Positions 29,220 to 35,372 of a stretch of DNA of 64,000 nucleotides are shown one piece after another. Position 1 is the first letter of the stretch; each line of letters begins with the position of its first letter. Origin of the DNA: a virus (lineage: Duplodnaviria > Caudoviricetes); IMG/VR virus record IMGVR_UViG_3300033074_001459, positions 207 through 64,206 of that record. One strand, given 5' to 3'. The notes below the pieces were generated by a model, which worked only from the letters and a program-made list of their open reading frames with translations, had not been told where the DNA came from and did not search any database. Position numbers and translations under genes: made by a program.

Positions 29220-29686
29220 TCTTCATTCTCCGTTACTTCGATTGCATCTATCTCTTTGTTCCTCAGTCCTTGAGAGCCGGGCATCATTGTGACCTTCAAC
29301 TCAAGGGCCTTGAGGTATCGTTTTATGTCCAGTTGCTTGTATTTCAAGTCGAGCATAACCCTTCTCAGGTGCTTGACCTTAGAGTGTTGGTTGTAGACAA
29401 TCCCCGCAAACTCCACAGAGTATACCCGCTCGGTCTGGGGATTGACTTGCTCGGTGATGTATTTCACTACAGCACCTTTCAATTCCTCATACTCGGCCTT
29501 AGCCAATTCGTACTGTTTTTCTAGCTTCGTCAGCTTCCGCGAGTATTTGCCGTAAGCCCACGCCGTATACCGGACGTGATCTTCCAGGTTCTCCTGCTCC
29601 ACAGCCAGGAACTTCAAAGTAGGGTCAGACTCCTGGGCGAACCTCTGCTCGATGAACCTCAGTGCATCCTTCGAATTCATAGCCAA
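29216..29686 (-). CDS. UvsY-like recombination mediator candidate
   Basis: About 150-aa helical/coiled-coil protein between polymerase and SSB ending LKALELKVTMM; call rests on pattern and context. Confidence 0.45.
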   Translation of the reverse strand: MAMNSKDALRFIEQRFAQESDPTLKFLAVEQENLEDHVRYTAWAYGKYSRKLTKLEKQYELAKAEYEELKGAVVKYITEQVNPQTERVYSVEFAGIVYNQHSKVKHLRRVMLDLKYKQLDIKRYLKALELKVTMMPGSQGLRNKEIDAIEVTENEE

Positions 29687-32520
29687 GACATCCCCGGAAT
29701 TTTCTTCGGTGTCGGGAAGTGAATCTCAGCCATAGCACCCAGGTGCGGTCCGGCTTTCATCTCCACCGCCAGCAGCACAGGTTCGTCAGTGTTGAATCGG
29801 ATACCCCATTTGGTCAACAGGTTTACGTCGGTGGCCACTCGCCGGACAACGTGATACCACTGTTCCAGGTAATCCTCTTGGACATATCCCCAGATGGAGT
29901 CGTGCATAGTGTTGTTGGTCACCACCCACGGCAGATTCTGGTCGATGATAAGCCGGGTCAGTTCTATAGCCGAGACGTCGGTAATGTCTTTAGCCGTAGA
30001 CTGGGTAAGAAAGTTCTCCAACTTGCGAGCGATATGGGCATCTTCTTCCGGCATTCCGATAGCCGCCTGCAGCTCACTAAGCGGTAGATGCTTATGTCTA
30101 TCGTGGTCATACTCGTAGTTCCCCTTGAAAGCGAATTTGCAGATGCGTCCAGAGGTACTTACAATCGGCTCCCCTTCGAAGCATTTGCGTCTGGCCTCTG
30201 CATTATATGCCTGAATCTCTGGAACGGATTCCCAGAACCGCTTCATAAATTCTTCGGCAATGTCTAGAGGAACGTTGTCTCGCTGGTGCACACCGTAAGC
30301 AGTGGCTTCATACATAGCACCTAGCAGCAATGGCTTGCACTGCTGGCGTTCTTCTTTGGTTACGTCACCAGCTTGATACCAGGTCTTGCCCTGCGTCCGC
30401 ATAAAGTTGCGCCACTCCACCTTGTACAGATCGGCATCAGGGTTGTCCGGCTCCTTGTCCCGCAGCTTGAACACATTGATCCAGGATTTGCAGTTGCTGT
30501 TGTATGCAAGCACCCTGGGCTCAATAGACGCCTGGTCTTCTTCCCAGCATACCCACCCCTCGGGGGCCGGGAAGCTGCGCCTGAAGGCTGGCTTCTTGTC
30601 GATGTTGGTGCCGCAGGGATTGGTGCTGGACACGCGGCCAGAATCTACCCCTCCTTCCAGTAGTACATCCGTACCAGATGCATCAGTGATCTTGCTCATC
30701 TTGAACATAGGGTGAGCCCGCATTTGCCCCATTTCGTAGAGGCCGTCCCGAGGAGCAGCAGGCACAGCATACTGAATGAACGGGTCGATGAAGGAGCTGA
30801 TTTGTTTCTGGTATCTCCTCCACTCCAAGATGGCATTGAAGAAATGGTGCCGTCCGTTGGGCTCCTCTCCCGGCCCCGGGTTGGCTTGTCTAAGCAGTTC
30901 TCTTGCGTCAATCTTGGGGCGCTTGGTCTGGTCGGTTACCTTGACGGTCTGGATACCCAGATACTCGACAAGGTCCCCCATTTGGGTGGGAGACGTCGGA
31001 TTGAACTCCTCTGGCAGGATAGGGTCACCGCCGGTGACCTTGGGCTCCCCCTTGCGAGGCCCGGTCTTGTAATACTGAGGCTCACCATCCGGTCCGAGAA
31101 CCGGGGTAATCGGCTTCCGGGGGTTGGGAGTCTGTCGTAACTGCTCAACCAGAGGGTGCTTCTGCAGCCAGGCGTAAACGTAGTCTGACTTCTTGCCCAT
31201 AACCTCGCGATACAGGCGCAGGTAGTCCATATCCAGAATCAGCCCGATGCGCTCGCAGTAACAGAGGAACTCGGTGAAAGCCTGGGTCCTCTTCCAGGGC
31301 CATCCGTTGTACTCATCCTTCAGGTGGCAGGGGTTGTCAGGATGTGCGTAGTGTTCCCACCACAGCCGGGCCTGCCAGTACAGGTCCCACGCCTGGTACT
31401 CGTTACGGAAATCCCTGGGAAGGTGGCGGTAGTCGTAATCCGTGAGCCCATCCTCCAGGGGAATGGTACGCTCTGCCTTAATCCTGTTCAAGATGTCGTC
31501 AACCTTGTACTTCCAGGGGCTTGCACCCAACAGGCTGACGGCTTGTTCCTCCAGTCCGTTGCCTGCTTTCTCCTGGTCCATAAGCCACCGGATTTGACCG
31601 GTGTCATATAGAGCTGCAATCTTATCAGCGCCTGCATAGCAGTTATACAGAGCGTGGAAGTAGGCTATCTGCAAATCAATTTTGACGTAGGTACCGATGA
31701 CTGTGGTATTACGGAGCAGACTGGAGAACAGCTTGAACCGCTGAGTAAGGTCCCAGTCCAGGCAATCGAACACCACCACCTTGTAGGTTTCAGATTTGGG
31801 ATCCCAGTGGGCGGCCCCAGTGCAGAGTATCTTGGTACTGTCGTGGGTGATGTTGCGGCCCGGCTGCACGCCGAACTCAGTGTCCCAGGCTATGACTGCA
31901 GTCTGGAACGCCAGCTTATCACAATACTCAATCGCGGCAGCGGGCGTGGATACGACCTCATACTCCAGCTTAGGAGGAGACCAACCCTTCGTAAAAACAG
32001 AGTGGATCTGCGAAAACGCCCGTTTGTAGTCCTCACGTAAGTCTCTCCCGTTCCGGTTATCCGGTGCGAAGGAAGAGTGATTTGCCGGGTGATCCGCCAC
32101 GACGACGGGTATACCATACGGACCCTCCTGTATGCCTGCTTTGGCCAGCGTTCCTATGGGTAGCCTGGAGCCCAGCACAGCCCTGGCTGCATCCACACCG
32201 AGGCACAGGATGGCTCTGGGTTGCGCCTTCTTGATGCGCGGTAGCAGGAAGTTCTCGGCGCAGATTTGCTTGCTGGCATCGGTGGGCTTGTCGTGGGCGC
32301 AAGACACCACCGAATCCAGCGTGTAGGATATTCCCACCGACTTGAGCATATCCTCCACCCACTGGTGGGGAGCCCCCATCATAACGGACCTCTCGTGGGT
32401 TCCGATTCGGTTGGTCACCACATACAGGTCAGTCCAGGGTTTGCAATCGTTGCCCCTAGGTTGGCAAAACGGATACTCCGACTTCTCGTACAGTCCGCAG
32501 GTCTTGCAGCAATCGTTCAT
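29677..32520 (-). CDS. polA: Family A DNA polymerase with N-terminal UDG-like (Fe-S) domain and 3'-5' exonuclease
   Basis: CKTCGL...C...C, PRAILCLG, HPA (UDG-like); AWDTE (ExoI); EEDQASIEPRVLA (motif A); RQQCKPLLLGAMY (motif B); MHDS (motif C); start ATG 32520 overlaps the upstream TGA. Confidence 0.9.
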   Translation of the reverse strand: MNDCCKTCGLYEKSEYPFCQPRGNDCKPWTDLYVVTNRIGTHERSVMMGAPHQWVEDMLKSVGISYTLDSVVSCAHDKPTDASKQICAENFLLPRIKKAQPRAILCLGVDAARAVLGSRLPIGTLAKAGIQEGPYGIPVVVADHPANHSSFAPDNRNGRDLREDYKRAFSQIHSVFTKGWSPPKLEYEVVSTPAAAIEYCDKLAFQTAVIAWDTEFGVQPGRNITHDSTKILCTGAAHWDPKSETYKVVVFDCLDWDLTQRFKLFSSLLRNTTVIGTYVKIDLQIAYFHALYNCYAGADKIAALYDTGQIRWLMDQEKAGNGLEEQAVSLLGASPWKYKVDDILNRIKAERTIPLEDGLTDYDYRHLPRDFRNEYQAWDLYWQARLWWEHYAHPDNPCHLKDEYNGWPWKRTQAFTEFLCYCERIGLILDMDYLRLYREVMGKKSDYVYAWLQKHPLVEQLRQTPNPRKPITPVLGPDGEPQYYKTGPRKGEPKVTGGDPILPEEFNPTSPTQMGDLVEYLGIQTVKVTDQTKRPKIDARELLRQANPGPGEEPNGRHHFFNAILEWRRYQKQISSFIDPFIQYAVPAAPRDGLYEMGQMRAHPMFKMSKITDASGTDVLLEGGVDSGRVSSTNPCGTNIDKKPAFRRSFPAPEGWVCWEEDQASIEPRVLAYNSNCKSWINVFKLRDKEPDNPDADLYKVEWRNFMRTQGKTWYQAGDVTKEERQQCKPLLLGAMYEATAYGVHQRDNVPLDIAEEFMKRFWESVPEIQAYNAEARRKCFEGEPIVSTSGRICKFAFKGNYEYDHDRHKHLPLSELQAAIGMPEEDAHIARKLENFLTQSTAKDITDVSAIELTRLIIDQNLPWVVTNNTMHDSIWGYVQEDYLEQWYHVVRRVATDVNLLTKWGIRFNTDEPVLLAVEMKAGPHLGAMAEIHFPTPKKIPGMSWL

Positions 32521-32738
32521 ACCCTCTCTCCACATCCGACGCAACAACCGAATTCTGTCAGCCAATGTTCGCATCCGTGCTCGCGTAGAAATCCCTTCTT
32601 CTTGATTCTGCGAACGTGGGCGAACGCGGCGCTCGCGTTAATCCCAAAATGCTTGGCGAGATCACGATACGAAGGAGACTTCGGCAGTGAGTTTATGTAA
32701 TCCAGGATTGCTTGCTGCCTGGCCGTCAATTTTGTCAT
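32517..32738 (-). CDS. LexA-type winged-helix DNA-binding protein without peptidase domain
   Basis: LTARQQAILDYI...PSYRDLAKHFGI...AHVRRIKKKGFL matches the LexA N-terminal domain; short Cys-rich tail. Confidence 0.65.
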   Translation of the reverse strand: MTKLTARQQAILDYINSLPKSPSYRDLAKHFGINASAAFAHVRRIKKKGFLREHGCEHWLTEFGCCVGCGERV

Positions 32739-32769
32739 ATCCCGTTTTCTTACAATTCTCATCGTTCAC

Positions 32770-32988
32770 CTAAAAAATCGATTTTTGGGTCAGATCCTCG
32801 GCCTGTCTTACCAGGTAGCAAACAGCGTCAAAGTCCAGAGAATCGTCGCTATTCCACAGTTTCACCAGCCGTCGCAGCAGCTTGAATGCCTCCTGTCTCT
32901 CCCTCAGTAAGGCGTTCACCTGGGTGCTCAGGTTTTGGCTATCCTTCTTCAATCGACGCACAGTTGCAGAAATCTCAGGCGCTTTCAT
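32770..32988 (-). CDS. Hypothetical coiled-coil protein
   Basis: GGAG RBS before ATG 32988. Confidence 0.55.
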   Translation of the reverse strand: MKAPEISATVRRLKKDSQNLSTQVNALLRERQEAFKLLRRLVKLWNSDDSLDFDAVCYLVRQAEDLTQKSIF

Positions 32989-33214
32989 TCTCGTTCTCCG
33001 ATTCACGTAATACTCTGCACAGTCCGTTCATTCGTTTGTCCAAGGCATCTACGTTTTGCGCCACTGGGGCAAGGCAAGCGGACAACGCCCTGAGCATAGG
33101 GGTGTCTGGAAGTTCTTGGATTTGGTGGTCAATGTTGCGCAAGCACTGCTTCAGTTGCGCTATCAGGTGCCGTAGGTTCCCCTCTACTTCGTCGGCCAGC
33201 GGATTGATGTTCAT
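32975..33214 (-). CDS. Hypothetical coiled-coil protein
   Basis: AAAGGG RBS immediately after the ncRNA cassette. Confidence 0.55.
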   Translation of the reverse strand: MNINPLADEVEGNLRHLIAQLKQCLRNIDHQIQELPDTPMLRALSACLAPVAQNVDALDKRMNGLCRVLRESENENESA

Positions 33215-33234
33215 ATACGATACACCCTTTTCAA

Positions 33235-33258
33235 AAGTGCCGGTCTTTCCCGGCTGTC
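33235..33258 (-). repeat. 24-bp direct repeat copy 2 (GACAGCCGGGAAAGACCGGCACTT), hairpin
   Basis: Identical to 33440-33463; stem GCCGG/CCGGC with loop GAAAGA. Confidence 0.95.
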
Positions 33259-33262
33259 TGCT

Positions 33263-33352
33263 TGGTGGGACCCTCTCGATTTGAACGAGATCCAGAAGTG
33301 CTGTCCCGAGCCCGTAACTGCCCAGGTCCCTCTGGTTTTTCCTCTAGGTCCC
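33263..33352 (-). ncRNA. tRNA-like RNA B (90 nt, encoded CCA, no D-stem)
   Basis: Acceptor GGGACCT/GGGTCCC-A-CCA; T-arm TCTCG-TTCAAAT-CGAGA; long central arm CCAGAGG/CTTCTGG plus CCTGGGC/GCTCGGG. Confidence 0.8.
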
Positions 33353-33355
33353 GTA

Positions 33356-33435
33356 TGGTGGAGCTTGGCGGGATTCGAACCCGCATTGTGTCCGCCGGTT
33401 TGTCTTCCGTAACCTTCAGAGCCGGCCCAAGCCCC
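33356..33435 (-). ncRNA. tRNA-like RNA A (80 nt, encoded CCA, G3.U70, no D-arm)
   Basis: 8-bp acceptor GGGGCTTG/CAAGCTCC-A-CCA; T-arm GCGGG-TTCGAAT-CCCGC; central helix GCCGG/CCGGC. Confidence 0.8.
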
Positions 33436-33439
33436 GTGT

Positions 33440-33463
33440 AAGTGCCGGTCTTTCCCGGCTGTC
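33440..33463 (-). repeat. 24-bp direct repeat copy 1 (GACAGCCGGGAAAGACCGGCACTT), hairpin
   Basis: Identical to 33235-33258. Confidence 0.95.
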
Positions 33464-33698
33464 AGATACACGTTGGCCTGTTTAGCTGAGCGTCGTTTAC
33501 AGGCTCCAGGGCTATGCTCTCCGGGGGACAAGCCCGGCATACTCAGCAGACCCTACTGCCCGGGTATATCAGCCGAGCAATCGTTTGCGCAGGGACAGTC
33601 TCCACCGCTTGAAGTTGATGAACCCGATTTCAGCACCGGCGGCAGCCAGCCACTGAAACCGGAGCCACCACTCCAGTTCCTCCAGGTATTCAGCCGAA

Positions 33699-34403
33699 TT
33701 AGGGCTGAAAGAATTTGGCGGTCACCTTGGTCCCTGCGTCAATCTTGTAGAGTTCGCAGAACCGAGTGACAGATTCGTCAGACAGCCCTACGCTCTGAAG
33801 CCAGGCAACGAACTTAGGTCCGTCTACCGAGTTAGCCAGACCTCGGCACTTGGTAAGGATCAGCTTGACCCGGTTCACGTCGTGCCCGATGTAACCGGCG
33901 ACAGCTTCAGGGTTGTGGATGTCGATCTCCACTTCCTCTTGCTGTGCTTGCACCTCTACGGTTTCCAGGTTCTTGATGGAGTCGAGAATCTCATCCATCC
34001 TTACCTGAAGGTACTCGAAGATGCTGCGGACAGTCTCCTGGAGGCTATCAATGCGATTCGATAAGCTGTTGTGATTATCGGACAAATGCTCGACAAGACT
34101 GTCGATTCGTGCAGATACTCCTGCCATATCCCCCTGGCCGAAAGTCGGGCCCTGCACTTCGTCGGTAGACGGGTCATCCAGTCCTCCTAATCCGTCGATG
34201 TCATCCAGACCACCGAGGCCCATATCCTCAGCAGCGGGCTTAGTCTCCTTCTTGTCTTTCTTGCCCTTCTTGCTGGTGCCGTTGCTGGCTTCGTTGAGAT
34301 ACTGGTCCAGTTCATTCAGGGCTGCAGGGTCGAGGTTACCCGCCCCCTCCAGGGTGTCCATTGCGTTACCGGCGGGTTTCTGAGTCTTAGGCGCTCGTGG
34401 CAT
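33699..34403 (-). CDS. Hypothetical acidic protein, 234 aa, ending CCC TAA
   Basis: GAAAGGA RBS before ATG 34403; DDIDGLGGLDD low-complexity segment plus coiled coil. Confidence 0.65.
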   Translation of the reverse strand: MPRAPKTQKPAGNAMDTLEGAGNLDPAALNELDQYLNEASNGTSKKGKKDKKETKPAAEDMGLGGLDDIDGLGGLDDPSTDEVQGPTFGQGDMAGVSARIDSLVEHLSDNHNSLSNRIDSLQETVRSIFEYLQVRMDEILDSIKNLETVEVQAQQEEVEIDIHNPEAVAGYIGHDVNRVKLILTKCRGLANSVDGPKFVAWLQSVGLSDESVTRFCELYKIDAGTKVTAKFFQP

Positions 34404-34544
34404 TGTCGATTCCTTTCTTATTTGAAAACAATTCAAGGCGGCTCATATTTAAGTTGCCCCGATTAGCTGGGAGGAAGTTCAGGATACCTGACTTCGGTGA
34501 TACTGAGAATAGGCTGGTAATACTACTAGCTTGATAGGGATAAT

Positions 34545-34628
34545 GGAAGATGGCTGAGCCCAAATTTTTTAGCGTAGCCCCTTGCGCGAAGCGTGTAGAA
34601 AAATTTGGATCTGGCTCAGCCATCTTCC
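34545..34628. repeat. 84-bp imperfect inverted repeat
   Basis: GGAAGATGGCTGAGCC (34545-34560) and GGCTCAGCCATCTTCC (34613-34628) are perfectly complementary; inner CCAAATTTTT/AAAAATTTGG. Confidence 0.9.
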
Positions 34629-34837
34629 CAGTAGGTTGGTTCCTCCTTAGTAATACTTTGTGATACTGGTATTAAAATACTAGAAAATTTGACAGGTTTT
34701 GGATGACATCTTGGAGAAGTCCCCCGCTAAAAACTTCGCTGCTCCTCAGCAAGGGTTCGTCGCGGACGCGAATTTTGAGCGGCTCCGGTCCGTCGCTTCG
34801 CAACGGACGGGACATCTTGAAGAACTCTTGGGGGTCT

Positions 34838-35038
34838 TTAGGGGGAGACTCTGCCTTGCTCCAGCTCTTCGGTGAGCTCCTTCAGATAGTCGGCTATAGC
34901 TCCCAGGTTGACGGCTATCAAGGCTACACTGACCGTTCTTGTTTCGTCCCATCCCCTGCACATTTCCAGGCGGTTAGCGGTTGACGTAGCCAAGTTTACT
35001 TCTTTTGATTCGGTCTTGGTGGATTTTTTTCTAGCCAT
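34838..35038 (-). CDS. Hypothetical protein, 66 aa
   Basis: AGGGAG RBS; overlaps upstream stop. Confidence 0.55.
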   Translation of the reverse strand: MARKKSTKTESKEVNLATSTANRLEMCRGWDETRTVSVALIAVNLGAIADYLKELTEELEQGRVSP

Positions 35039-35369
35039 TTTTTCTCCCTTGTTTGGTATTACTTACAGAGTCTTCGGTGTTACACAGGACCTTCATACCG
35101 GCTTCGGTCAGGGAATACACGCCATAGACAATCCCTTTGCGGTCAGTCTTGTGGGTTATGTAAGGTTCCAGTCTCACCAAGCCAAGAGGCTTAAGCGTTT
35201 CCAGGATTTCCACCCAGGACTTGTTTCCGTAGGTGCTCATCATCCCGTCTTTGAATGCTTCGGGATTGCTGGTTTCCTGGGCGGTATTGATGAAGGCGTA
35301 GTGGTAGACGAAGTCCAGTAGCCATCGAATAGGGACATTGTTCAGGTGTGTTGGGTAAGGACGACTCAT
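35031..35369 (-). CDS. Winged-helix-like DNA-binding protein
   Basis: LKPLGLVRLE...VYSLTEAGMKVL wing pattern. Confidence 0.5.
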   Translation of the reverse strand: MSRPYPTHLNNVPIRWLLDFVYHYAFINTAQETSNPEAFKDGMMSTYGNKSWVEILETLKPLGLVRLEPYITHKTDRKGIVYGVYSLTEAGMKVLCNTEDSVSNTKQGRKNG

Positions 35370-35372
35370 TGC

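Noticed and set aside
33356-33384. attP core derived from a tRNA/tmRNA 3' end
   Set aside because: No integrase in the window, and the 3' end has its own complementary 5' strand with a non-standard 8-bp stem, which fits a self-contained RNA. Cannot be fully excluded without the host genome.
33263-33435. Canonical or suppressor tRNAs
   Set aside because: No D-stem and no 5-bp/7-nt anticodon arm; TTA in the loop is not positioned as an anticodon after U33; no TCA that would explain the TGA at 39489.
33505-33560. Twister ribozyme on the plus strand (CCGG…CAAGC-CCGG)
   Set aside because: Only the P4/L4-like part resembles twister, the conserved L1 residues are missing, and it is antisense to the operon.
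33263-33700. Complete or permuted tmRNA gene
   Set aside because: Both tRNA-like units close on themselves with no internal tag frame. The nearby VNDAQLNRPTCI frame only faintly resembles a tag and lacks the Ala-Ala end.
34387-34623. 78-aa ORF MAEPDPNF…
   Set aside because: Its start lies inside the inverted repeat, the AAGGAGG is about 20 nt away, and it overlaps the next gene's RBS.
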